NCBI GenBank assembly: GCA_965203325.1
Contig: OZ241875.1
Location: 1,344,001-1,408,000, forward strand
Direction of reading: 5' to 3'
DNA length: 64,000 nt
Origin: a bacterium
GTDB taxonomy: Bacteria > UBA8248
How positions within the stretch are numbered: the stretch's first letter is position 1; every line of letters starts with the position of its first letter. The position numbers were made by a program, and so were the translations under genes. Shown piece after piece: positions 29,098 through 40,047 of the stretch. The notes beneath the pieces were generated by a model. It did not search any database and had not been told where the DNA came from. It saw only the letters and a program-made list of their open reading frames with translations.

Positions 29098-30813
29098 ATG
29101 CTCCGCCTCCTCAAGATCACGAATTTCGCCATCATCGACGACCTGGAAATCGCCTTCGGCTCTGGCCTGAACGTCCTGACGGGCGAGACGGGCGCCGGGA
29201 AATCCATCATCTTCGACGCCCTGAACCTCACTCTGGGCGCCCGCGCAGGGGGAGACCTCGTTCGCGGTGGCGCAAAAGAAGCGATCGTCGAATCGCTCTT
29301 CGAGATACCCGACACCGCGGGCGGCAGTGCGGCCCGCTCCCTGCTCGAAGAAGCGGGCGTGGAAATGGAAGATGGCGGCGAACTCATCGTGCGGCGCCGG
29401 GTCGCGGAGGCGGGCAGAAGCCGCATCTATCTGAACGGCGTCCTCGGCACGGCCTCGCTGCTCTCCCGGGTGGGCGAGCGCCTCGTGAACATCCACGGCC
29501 AGCACGCGCACCAAAGCCTCCTGCGCCCCGCCTCCCACCTGGGCCTTCTGGACGACTTTGCGGACACTAGCGGAGAAAGAGCCGCCCTGGGCGGGATGGT
29601 GCGCGAACTCAAATCCGCCGAGGAAAAACTGAACGCGCACCGCGAAGGCGTGCGCGAACGCGCCCAGAGGGCGGACCTCCTGCGCTTCCAGGTGGAGGAA
29701 CTGGAGAAAGCAGCCCTGCGCGCAGGTGAACTCTCGGAGATCGAGACCGAACTGCCGAGGCTCAGGAACGCGGGCCGTCTGATAGAAGGCGCGGCGGCGC
29801 TTTATGAGCGACTCTACGAGGCGGATGGGTCGGTCGTCGAAAAAACGGGAGAAATCGCGCGCGAACTCGAAGGCATGGCCGCCCTTGACCAATCCCTGGC
29901 TTCCCTTGCGGAGGAAGCCGCATCCGCACAAGCGCAGCTTGAAAGCCTTGCCGATTCGCTCCGCGATTACACAGATGGAATCGAGCACGACCCCGAACGC
30001 CTCGAAGCCCTGGAAGCCAGACGCGCGCTGATAAGAGAGATGATCAGGAAATACGGGAGCGACGAGGCGGAATGCCTGGCCTTTCTCGATGAATGCCGGG
30101 ATCAGCTCGCCGCGATTTCGGATGAGGAGGGGACCGAGGCGCGCCTCGTGGACGCGCGCGACGCGCTCAGGGCCGAACTCGCAAAAGCCGCCTTCGCTCT
30201 TTCCGAGAAAAGAATACGCGCCGCAGAAAGCCTCGATGCCCGCATGGAAGAGGCGTTGGGTGAACTGGGCCTCACGGGCGCGAAGTTCCAGACGCTCATT
30301 ACGCATCAGGAAGACCCCGAGGGCTTCATCCATGTGGAAGGACGCCCCGTGGCCGTTCGCGCCGACGGGGTAGACCGCGCCCAGTTCCACTTCTCGCCCA
30401 ACCCCGGCGAGCCGCCGCGCTCTTTAAGCCGCGTCGCCTCGGGCGGGGAACTATCGCGGCTGATGCTGGCCCTGGAATCCGTCCTGAGGCGCGCCGACTT
30501 GATCCCCACCCTCATTTTCGACGAGGTGGACGCAGGGATCGGCGGAGCGGTGGCCGAGGTCGTGGGCAGAAAACTGAAAGGTGTATCGGCGAACCATCAG
30601 GTGTTCGTCGTCACTCACCTGCCGCAGGTCGCGAGCCTGGGTGATCGCCATTTCCGGGTGGAAAAGCACGTCGCGGGGGAGCGCACGCAGACGCGCGTCG
30701 AGGTGCTGGATGACGATGAGCGCGTGGAGGAGATCGCCCGCATGGGAACGGGCCTCGAAATCACCGACGCCGCCCGCGAACACGCGAGAGAGATGTTGGG
30801 GAAGGCTGTGTGA
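29098..30813 (+). CDS. recN: DNA repair protein RecN
   Basis: MLRLLKITNFAII, LTGETGAGKS, HGQH, ASGGELSR, FDEVDAG, THLPQVA. Confidence 0.97.
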   Translation: MLRLLKITNFAIIDDLEIAFGSGLNVLTGETGAGKSIIFDALNLTLGARAGGDLVRGGAKEAIVESLFEIPDTAGGSAARSLLEEAGVEMEDGGELIVRRRVAEAGRSRIYLNGVLGTASLLSRVGERLVNIHGQHAHQSLLRPASHLGLLDDFADTSGERAALGGMVRELKSAEEKLNAHREGVRERAQRADLLRFQVEELEKAALRAGELSEIETELPRLRNAGRLIEGAAALYERLYEADGSVVEKTGEIARELEGMAALDQSLASLAEEAASAQAQLESLADSLRDYTDGIEHDPERLEALEARRALIREMIRKYGSDEAECLAFLDECRDQLAAISDEEGTEARLVDARDALRAELAKAAFALSEKRIRAAESLDARMEEALGELGLTGAKFQTLITHQEDPEGFIHVEGRPVAVRADGVDRAQFHFSPNPGEPPRSLSRVASGGELSRLMLALESVLRRADLIPTLIFDEVDAGIGGAVAEVVGRKLKGVSANHQVFVVTHLPQVASLGDRHFRVEKHVAGERTQTRVEVLDDDERVEEIARMGTGLEITDAAREHAREMLGKAV

Positions 30814-30864
30814 GAAGGGCGGGCGACGTAATACGCCTCGAAATCACTTCCCCTTGCGGATCGA

Positions 30865-31176
30865 TTACTCGATCCCGTTTCCGGTGCGGCGGATGAGCTC
30901 TTTCAGCGCGGCCATGTTTTCGGCATGTTGCCTTTCCATAGCCGCCATCGTTTCCGCGTGAGACGCCATGGTTTCTTCGTGAGCCGCCATAGTTTGCGCG
31001 TGACGCGATTCCATAGCCGCCATGGTTTCTGCGTGCAACTGCTCCCGCGCGCGCGAGGCCTCCCGCATCTGCCGGAGTCCGCTGAAGATCAGCAGGCATT
31101 GCGCGCCGCCGACGGCGAGCGCCACGAGGGGACCGGCGGCCGTGGCCAGCAACATGTAGAACTGGTAATCCGTCAT
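30865..31176 (-). CDS. small membrane-anchored coiled-coil protein with HAETMAA-type repeats
   Basis: N-terminal hydrophobic helix, then five imperfect HxxxMAx repeats. Confidence 0.6.
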   Translation of the reverse strand: MTDYQFYMLLATAAGPLVALAVGGAQCLLIFSGLRQMREASRAREQLHAETMAAMESRHAQTMAAHEETMASHAETMAAMERQHAENMAALKELIRRTGNGIE

Positions 31177-31404
31177 CTCTCGCCCCACCTTTCAGAATAA
31201 AGTCAGAATGAAGATTCAGATGGGTCGTTGAACGTCCTCGCGCACAGCCACGATACCATGTCCTCACATTCGCTGCCAAATTCCGGGAATCCCGGAGGAA
31301 CCCTCTCCCGGTGGACGGGAGAGCGTTTCCCCTCGAAAACGCACGGCCTTTGAACTCCGGGATCGGTGGCGGAAAAACGATTCGCCTCGTTCACCCGCAC
31401 TCGT

Positions 31405-31758
31405 TCATTCGCGGAATTTCCTGCACTTTTTCCGCCGAGTATCCCACCCCGAACCGGCGGGGCAAGCAGGACAGCCGGGCGGACACGCGCGGGGGACGGC
31501 GGTCTGGACGACGACGCACGTCGGGCAAATCTCTCTCAACTCCTCGAGCAATTGCAGCGTCTTGTTCTCGATGGATTGCGCAGCGCCCTTGGCCGCCGGT
31601 TTGGTTCTGGTCTGAGCCAGCCGCCGGCCCTGCTCCGGCGGATGCCCTGCTTTCACGGCTCCCACGGGGCGGAGGGAACCACCGGGCTCGTGCGCGAAGG
31701 CGGCCGCCACCGAGGCGGAAAGGATAAGAAAAACCAGGAAGCTCCACCTCGTTTTCAT
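31405..31758 (-). CDS. small exported Cys-rich protein
   Basis: Signal peptide (MKTRWSFLVFLILSASVAAAFA), GGGAGA RBS, C-terminal CPTC and CPPGCPACP...C. Confidence 0.55.
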   Translation of the reverse strand: MKTRWSFLVFLILSASVAAAFAHEPGGSLRPVGAVKAGHPPEQGRRLAQTRTKPAAKGAAQSIENKTLQLLEELREICPTCVVVQTAVPRACPPGCPACPAGSGWDTRRKKCRKFRE

Positions 31759-31843
31759 CGTATTCTCCCCTTGCGGCAGGCTATGGAGTGGGTCGGCATC
31801 GACGCTGAACTCCCCGCCAGATTCCTTTCAGGATTCGCGGGCG

Positions 31844-32959
31844 TCAGCGTTCAATCAATTTCAATTCGGAACCGAATTTCACGCCCGCGACTTCACAGGC
31901 GATTTTAATGTGTTCCTTTATCTCCTTCGTTGTAGAACGTGTTCCCTTCTGCAACCACCACCCGTTCTCCAAATCCTCTTTATGTTTTTCCCTATTAGGG
32001 AAAGAATAGAGTTCATAGGGGGTTTTCGCCACCAACGGCCACTTTCCCATCGTTTGCTCCGCGAAACGTGTCATAAATCCTGAATCCAAGCGGTCAAACA
32101 CCTTCAATACTTCGGCCAAGGCGCGATAAGCAGCTTTGGTTTCAAAACGCTCGCCATTAAAAACAAACCCGATAACAGTAGACTGCGGCTTGCCTACCCA
32201 TTTCGACGAATCGAAAGTTGATTTCTTCGACTTTGATGCAGAGGTAGTTGTTGACTGACTCGACCGACGGGGAGTGGTCGTTGACGCGGTCTCGTAAAGA
32301 CGCTCCTTCAAGAACGCCTCTACATCTTCCAATCTAGGCCGGGTTCCGCAGGCTCTCGCCACCTCTTCCGCAAGCAGGTCGCGAAGCATGTCATCGGGAG
32401 TCTCAAGCAGGGTTCGCCAGACGCCCGGTATAGCCTTACGCGCTTCCCCCCGTTCCCGGTTGCTCTTGAGTCTTCGTTCCGCTTCTTGTCGAGCCTCCTC
32501 GGAAACAACACGACTTTTCAAAAGAAATTTCTCGAAAGAATCAACGTATTCTGTAATTCGCTCCTCGCGTGTCAATTCGGCTCGATAAAACCGCCGCTCG
32601 TCGGGAACGCCTTCCGCCATGCTGAGGTAGAAATCCCATAGATTGCCGTCTGTCAAAAGCAGAAAAGGCACGCCCTTGTGAGCGGCATATCGAAACACCT
32701 GCTCTTCACCCTTAATGTCCACACCGCCGAGTCCTTTGGCTTCGATGAAAACCAGCGGGCTAGTGCTTCCCAATAGCGCGTAGTCAACTCATCTGTTATT
32801 AACGGAAAATTCCGGCACGAACTCGGCGGGATTACTATCATCCCAACCTAATTCACGCAGAATCGGCAGGATGACCGCCTGCTTGACTTGCGCCTCATTG
32901 GTCAGCGAGCCGGAGTTGATGTGCTCGACTGCTTTTCTTAAGACTTCTTCCAGGCTCAT
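31844..32959 (-). pseudogene. HsdR-N-like PD-(D/E)xK restriction endonuclease with premature in-frame TGA
   Basis: ORFs 32789..32959 and 31844..32773 are in one frame, reading NEAQVKQAVILPILRELGW...NNR*VDYALL...FIEAK...QVFRYA...LTDG; visibly more AT-rich than the flanks. Confidence 0.75.
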
Positions 32960-32990
32960 TCTTTCGGAAACCTCTTCACCAAAGGCAAAT

Positions 32991-33140
32991 GCGGGAGAAC
33001 ACGCAGGTTCTCCCCTACAAAACCATCGCAACCCCTAATGTCGGTCAGGTTCGACTCGTAGGGGCGGACCCGCGTGTCCGCCCGTATTTATATGCGTCGC
33101 CTCCCGGTGGCTTCGGACAACCACGGAGGGTTGTCCCTAC
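32991..33140. repeat. cluster of three GTAG-type REP palindromes
   Basis: GGGAGAAC...GTTCTCCC-CTAC (32991-33018), GTAG-GGGCGGAC...GTCCGCCC (33058-33084), GGACAACC...GGTTGTCC-CTAC (33114-33140). Confidence 0.7.
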
Positions 33141-33152
33141 AAAACCATCCCC

Positions 33153-35108
<1,956 letters not shown>

Positions 35109-35221
35109 GAGAATACCTCCCGGCTCGGTCAGGTGAAATCATATCGATGGCGATTTTCCGCTATTGTTGGATATTCGCGCGGATTTCTCAAGTAGGTGTA
35201 CGCGGATACGGGCAGGACGAA

Positions 35222-35848
35222 TCAAATAGTAAGAGCAGCGCGCACCTCCCGCGCCGCGCGGGCGGGTTCGTCTGCGCCTAATATCGCGCCGATGAGGGCG
35301 ACGCCGCGCGCGCCTCTTGCGAGACACGTTGCCGCGTTCTCCGCCCCCACGCCGCCCAGGGCGTAGACGGGGCCACCCGCGAGAGTAACTTCACGCTCGA
35401 ATTTATCGAGCCCCAGGAGGGGGCCGGATGAGAATTTGCTTTTGGTGGGGAATACGGGACTGAGCGTAGCGAAATCAGCCCCTTGGGCGAACGCAACCGC
35501 CGCTTCTTCTCCCGAATGGGCGGAGTAGCCGATGAGGCCGGCATATCCTCCCGCGCGCATTGCGGAAACGGATACCGTGCCCTTGCCGAGGTGTACGCCG
35601 TCCGCGTCCAGGGCTTCAGCCAGTTCCGGGTCGGCGTTCACGATCAGGCGCGCGCCGTGTTCAAACGCGCGGGAGGCGACCTCCCGCCCCAGGTTAAGCC
35701 TTTCTGTATAGGGCATATCCTTTTCCCGGTACTGAATGAAGCGCACGCCGCCCAATAAGGCCGCCTCCAGCGCGCCCGGGAGATCGCCCGATGGGGGAGC
35801 GTTCCTGTCCGTGATGAGGTAGAGCGGGTCGAGCGATGATGATTCCAA
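35222..35848 (-). CDS. thiE: thiamine-phosphate synthase
   Basis: LYLITD, QYREK, DGVHLG, SAHS, SPVFPT.SK, ALGGV; downstream of thiG. Confidence 0.88.
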   Translation of the reverse strand: MESSSLDPLYLITDRNAPPSGDLPGALEAALLGGVRFIQYREKDMPYTERLNLGREVASRAFEHGARLIVNADPELAEALDADGVHLGKGTVSVSAMRAGGYAGLIGYSAHSGEEAAVAFAQGADFATLSPVFPTKSKFSSGPLLGLDKFEREVTLAGGPVYALGGVGAENAATCLARGARGVALIGAILGADEPARAAREVRAALTI

Positions 35849-35867
35849 AATCTCGCCGGTATCGGCC

Positions 35868-36641
35868 CTAAGAGCCGATGACGCCCGCCAGCGGACTCGA
35901 CGCCGTGGCGTAGAGCTTCATGGGGATGCGCCCGGCCTCGTGCGCGAGCCTGCCCGCCTCGACGGCGAGGTTCATGGCGCGCGCCATCTTCACCGGATCG
36001 TCGGCCCCCGCGATGGCGGTCTGCATCAGGACGGCGGCGGCGCCGAGTTCCATGGCCACCGCGGCGTCAGAAGCCGTGCCCACGCCCGCGTCCACGATGA
36101 CGGGAACCGATACCTGCTCCAGGATGATCTTGAGGTTGTAGGGATTCCGGATGCCAAGGCCCGAGCCGATGGGTGCTGCCAGCGGCATGACGGCGTGGCA
36201 GCCCAGTTGTTCCAGCTTCTTGCAGATGACGGGATCGTCGATGCAGTAGGGCAGCACGATGAAACCGTCATCCAGCAGAATCCGGCACGCCTCGAGCAGA
36301 CCCTCGTTATCCGGGAAGAGCGTGTCCTCGTCTCCGATGACCTCGACCTTCACGAAATCGGAGCCTGTGGCCTCACGCGCGAGTCGCGCCGTCGTCACCG
36401 CGCTCTTCACGTCGTAGCAGCCCGCCGTGTTGGGCAGCATCGTATACCTGTCCTTATCGAAATGCGCCCAGAAGCCCTCGGAGGAATCGTCTTCCAGGTC
36501 CACGCGGCGCACCGCGACGGTGACGATTTCCGTCCCGCTCGCCTCGAGCGAATCGCGCATCACGGCGAAACTCGGATATTTGCCCGACCCCACCAAAAGG
36601 CGGGAAGTGAACGTCCTGCCCCCAATCTCGTACGTGCTCAT
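35868..36641 (-). CDS. thiG: thiazole synthase
   Basis: [44 protein letters not shown]. Confidence 0.97.
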   Translation of the reverse strand: MSTYEIGGRTFTSRLLVGSGKYPSFAVMRDSLEASGTEIVTVAVRRVDLEDDSSEGFWAHFDKDRYTMLPNTAGCYDVKSAVTTARLAREATGSDFVKVEVIGDEDTLFPDNEGLLEACRILLDDGFIVLPYCIDDPVICKKLEQLGCHAVMPLAAPIGSGLGIRNPYNLKIILEQVSVPVIVDAGVGTASDAAVAMELGAAAVLMQTAIAGADDPVKMARAMNLAVEAGRLAHEAGRIPMKLYATASSPLAGVIGS

Positions 36642-36692
36642 CGCACCCCCTCCCGGCGCAGGCTCGGTGGCCGCGCCCGTTTTCACGTATGA

Positions 36693-36893
36693 TCAGCCCC
36701 CGCCCACGGCGCGGACGATCTCGACCTCATCTCCGTCTGATAACTGCGTGTCCCCGTATTCGCCCCGGCGGACGATCTCCATGTTGAGCGCCACGGCGAT
36801 GCCGTTCACTTCGAGCGACATCGAATCGAGAAGAGCGGCGACGCTCACGCCCTCTGCCAGTTCCCTGTCCTCTCCGTTCACCCGGACACGCAA
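36693..36893 (-). CDS. thiS: sulfur carrier protein ThiS
   Basis: 66 aa from TTG: RVRVNGE...AVALN.EIV...DEVEIVRAVGGG with C-terminal GG. Confidence 0.92.
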   Translation of the reverse strand: MRVRVNGEDRELAEGVSVAALLDSMSLEVNGIAVALNMEIVRRGEYGDTQLSDGDEVEIVRAVGGG

Positions 36894-36921
36894 GAATTGA
36901 TCTCCCCGGAAACTTCCCATC

Positions 36922-36951
36922 AAAAAAGCCGCCCCGCGATTCGGGAGCGGC
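36922..36951 (-). terminator. intrinsic terminator forming the riboswitch expression platform
   Basis: Minus strand GCCGCTCC...GGGGCGGC followed by TTTTTT, between the aptamer and thiS. Confidence 0.7.
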
Positions 36952-36972
36952 CAGAAACACCCGGATTCTTCG

Positions 36973-37060
36973 GCCCGCTTCCCTTCGCTGGAATTACCCA
37001 GTGCAGGTTCCAAGGGTTGCCCGCGATTCCAGGCTCTCAGTACATACACCCCTAGCAGGG
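36973..37060 (-). promoter_or_regulatory. TPP riboswitch
   Basis: Minus strand CTAGGGGTG...CTGAGA...ACCCTTGGAACCTG...GGTAAT.CCAGCGAAGGGAAG upstream of thiS-thiG-thiE. Confidence 0.92.
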
Positions 37061-37221
37061 ACTTCCTCCAAAGAGCATATACGGATGCGGCCCGACTTGC
37101 AATGCCCGAAGAGAACCGGCGTGTGCAATTCGCGCCTTTTTCGGGTAAGAATACGAAAAACCATACGATATCGCCGGGTTCAATGAGCCTCGCGCATCCC
37201 CATCGACCGAGGAGCAGCCCC

Positions 37222-38322
37222 ATGAAAGCAGCCATCTTCCACGAAGTCGGCAAACCGATGACCATCGAACCCATCGAGGTGGAACCGCCCAAAGAAGGCG
37301 AGGTGCTGGTGCACTACCGCGCGGGCGGCGTCTGCCACAGCGACCACCACGCCATCGCGGGCCTGTTCCCGGTGCCCACGCCCATCATCATGGGGCATGA
37401 GGGCGCAGGCGTCGTGGAAGAGGTGGGACCCGGCGTGACGTCGGTGAAGCCCGGTGACCACGTGGTCACCGTCTGGCGCTACAGCTGCGGCGTGTGCGAT
37501 CTCTGCCTCGCGGGCCGGCCCGCCATCTGCGGCGAGGGCATCCGCATGCGGGCCGACGGCACGCTCTCGGACGGCACGACGCGCTTTTCCATCAACGGCC
37601 AGAAAGTGCACCACTTCCTCGGCGTCTCCACGTTCAGCTCCCACTCGGTGATGTCCGAGAAATCGGTGCTCAAGATTCGGGAGGACATGTCCCTCGAAAA
37701 AGCGGCGGTGGTGAGCTGCGCCGTCATCACGGGCGTGGGCGCCGTGGTGAACGGCGCGCAGGTGCGTCCGGGCGAGAGCGTGGCCGTGTTCGGCGCGGGC
37801 GGTGTGGGGCTGAACGCGGTGCAGGGGGCGGCCCTCATCGGGGCGGAGCCCATCATCGCGGTCGACCTGATGCAGAACAAGCTCGAGATGGCGAAAAAAT
37901 TCGGCGCGACGCACACCGTGAACTCCTCCGATGAAGACGCGGTGGAGGCCATCCGCGCGCTCACCGACGGCAAGGGCGCGCACTACGCCTTCGAGCTCAT
38001 CGGCGTGCCCGAGGTGATGTCCACGGCCTTCGAGAGCGTGCGCACGGGCGGCACGGCGGTCATCGTGGGCATCGCGGACGTGAAATCGAGGGTCTCGATA
38101 CCCCCCGTCTCCCTGGTGACGGAGGAAAAGCGCCTCATCGGCTCCCTGTACGGCTCATCCAACCCGCGCATCTTCGTGCCCCGGCTCATCGACCTCTACA
38201 TGGCCGGAAAGCTCAACCTCGACGACCTGCTCACCAAGGTGTGGCCCATCGAGCAGATCAACGAGGCGTACGATGCGCTCTTAAACGGCGAGGTGGCCCG
38301 CAGCGTCGTCGTGCACGAGTAG
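37222..38322 (+). CDS. Zn-dependent alcohol dehydrogenase (class III-like MDR)
   Basis: GVCHSDHH, GHEGAG, CGVCDLC...C, CAVITGVGA, GAGGVG; GAGGAG RBS. Confidence 0.92.
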   Translation: MKAAIFHEVGKPMTIEPIEVEPPKEGEVLVHYRAGGVCHSDHHAIAGLFPVPTPIIMGHEGAGVVEEVGPGVTSVKPGDHVVTVWRYSCGVCDLCLAGRPAICGEGIRMRADGTLSDGTTRFSINGQKVHHFLGVSTFSSHSVMSEKSVLKIREDMSLEKAAVVSCAVITGVGAVVNGAQVRPGESVAVFGAGGVGLNAVQGAALIGAEPIIAVDLMQNKLEMAKKFGATHTVNSSDEDAVEAIRALTDGKGAHYAFELIGVPEVMSTAFESVRTGGTAVIVGIADVKSRVSIPPVSLVTEEKRLIGSLYGSSNPRIFVPRLIDLYMAGKLNLDDLLTKVWPIEQINEAYDALLNGEVARSVVVHE

Positions 38323-38528
38323 GGGTTTACCGAGCGCCCTTGGACTGCGCTTGAGTGATCGCCGTCCGGTTCGTCTTCCGAAAAAAATGGGCAATGGAGG
38401 CGAACATACGACGATACCATTTGATATCACCCTGATTGCCAGTGCAATATATCTTCACCGCCCAAGTGCAGAGCGACCATGGCAGGCGTCTGGCTATCAC
38501 GCCCGCCGGTGATACACTTATCAGGGGA

Positions 38529-38882
38529 ATGTCGATGGACGATGAAACGAGGCAAGCCTTCGCCGGCATTCAGGAATCGCTTGATGAAATGCGGGAAACG
38601 ATTGCCGGTACTCAGGAATCGACGAATGAGATGCGTGAAACGATCGCCGGCGCTCAGGAATCGCTCGACGGAATGCGAGAAACGATTGCAGGCGCCCAGG
38701 AATCAATGAATGAGATGCGATATGAAATGAATCAGAATCTCAAAAACGTCGACGACCGATTCGAGACCATCGAGAAAAAGATGGATGATGGATTCGATAG
38801 AATCGAGAAATCCATGGACTATGGATTCGGCAAACTCCTGGCCCCTGATGAATGGCCGCCGTCAAGACCTACGGCGATTTAG
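38529..38882 (+). CDS. small coiled-coil protein with 14-aa tandem repeats
   Basis: AGxQESxxxMRETI repeated about 3.8 times; AGGGGA RBS. Confidence 0.65.
   Translation: MSMDDETRQAFAGIQESLDEMRETIAGTQESTNEMRETIAGAQESLDGMRETIAGAQESMNEMRYEMNQNLKNVDDRFETIEKKMDDGFDRIEKSMDYGFGKLLAPDEWPPSRPTAI
38562..38720 (+). repeat. 42-bp coding tandem repeat (about 3.8 units)
   Basis: Units start at 38562, 38604, 38646 and 38688 (GC.GG....CAGGAATC......GA.ATGCG.GAAACGAT.). Confidence 0.85.
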
Positions 38883-39057
38883 GGAAGAACCAAGATACGA
38901 CCACCCGTCCTTCATCCGTAACGAGCGAGTCGCGGCCTTCCTTGAGATCGCGCCATCGCTTCGCCGCTATCTCGAAATCAATCGCATCCTCGGCGGTTTC
39001 TTCCGTTTCGCTCGCCTGTTTATCCTTGCGCCGGTTTTTCACAGGATGGGCGCCCAT
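38869..39057 (-). CDS. possible small protein, weakly resembling an antitoxin C-terminus
   Basis: 62-aa ORF with GGAAGG upstream; EDAIDFEIAAKRW segment. Confidence 0.25.
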   Translation of the reverse strand: MGAHPVKNRRKDKQASETEETAEDAIDFEIAAKRWRDLKEGRDSLVTDEGRVVVSWFFPKSP

Positions 39058-39292
39058 CGCGTCTTCCTTCCCGTTTTCGCTTCGTCAAGAATTTCTCCAG
39101 GATACGTCTGCTTCGCACGTATAAGATTACCACACACAATCAACTATCTTTATACGATTCAAAAGGACCTCGTTTTCCGTTCGTTACCCTCCCCTTTGTC
39201 CTCTCCTCTCGAAATCCCCCGTTTGGACACCTGCCGCCGCTTTCTGGTAATCTGCTCCCGCCTGTCCCACCCCATCCCGCCGGAGGAGAGCC

Positions 39293-39922
39293 ATGGCCAT
39301 CATCGACATATCCGTTCCCGTAGTGGAAGGCGAAATGCCCATCTACCCCGGAAATCCCGGGCTTTCGATGCGCTTTCACAAATCCTTTGACGCAGGCGAC
39401 GACGTCTGCCTCACCGAAGTCACATTCGGCGTGCACGCCGGCACGCATCTCGACGCGCCCATGCACTACCTGCACGATGCGGGCGGCATCGAGACGCTGA
39501 ACCTCGAAACCCTCATGGGTCCCGCCCGGGTCATCGCGGTCGAAAACCACGAGTGCATCACGGCGGAAGAACTAGCGACCAAGAACCTCGAAGGCGCGAC
39601 ACGCTTTTTGATCAAGACGCGAAACTCCGACGAGGGATGGTGGTCGAAGCCCTACAGCCCCGACTACTGCCACATGACGGCAGATGCCGGGCAACTCCTC
39701 TACGACCACGGCATGACGCTTCTGGGCGTGGACTATCTCGGCGTGGACGCGCCCGACCCGAACGTGCCCGTCCACTCGCTGCTGCTGCCGCTGGGCGTCG
39801 TCCTGCTCGAAGGGCTGAACCTGAGCGATGCGCCCGAGGGGGATTACGAGCTCATCGCCCTGCCCGCCCTGTTCCCGGGGCGAGACGGTGCGCCCGCGCG
39901 CGCGGTTTTGAGGCCGCTCTAG
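39293..39922 (+). CDS. cyclase family (kynurenine formamidase-like) metal hydrolase
   Basis: IIDIS, YPGNP, HAGTHLDAPMH, LLEGL, DGAPARAVL. Confidence 0.9.
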   Translation: MAIIDISVPVVEGEMPIYPGNPGLSMRFHKSFDAGDDVCLTEVTFGVHAGTHLDAPMHYLHDAGGIETLNLETLMGPARVIAVENHECITAEELATKNLEGATRFLIKTRNSDEGWWSKPYSPDYCHMTADAGQLLYDHGMTLLGVDYLGVDAPDPNVPVHSLLLPLGVVLLEGLNLSDAPEGDYELIALPALFPGRDGAPARAVLRPL

Positions 39923-40047
39923 CCCTTTCTCGAATCCGGTTTCTCATTCCTGACGCGGACCGGCTCACGCGGAGAGTCCGCCTGGGCGCAGAGCACCCCC
40001 GCATCCGGGAGCTTTGAAAATCCCCAAAACATCGGTGAAAAATCTTC

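Noticed and set aside
32789..32791. Selenocysteine or genome-wide TGA recoding
   Set aside because: TGA terminates many genuine genes here (prmA, rsmE, purD, recN), and the position is not a Cys-type site.
36894..37292. Apparent long N-terminus of ThiS
   Set aside because: Runs through the TPP riboswitch; ThiS proper starts at TTG 36893.
38562..38720. Possible CRISPR array
   Set aside because: Contiguous in-frame 42-bp units with no unique spacers and no cas genes.
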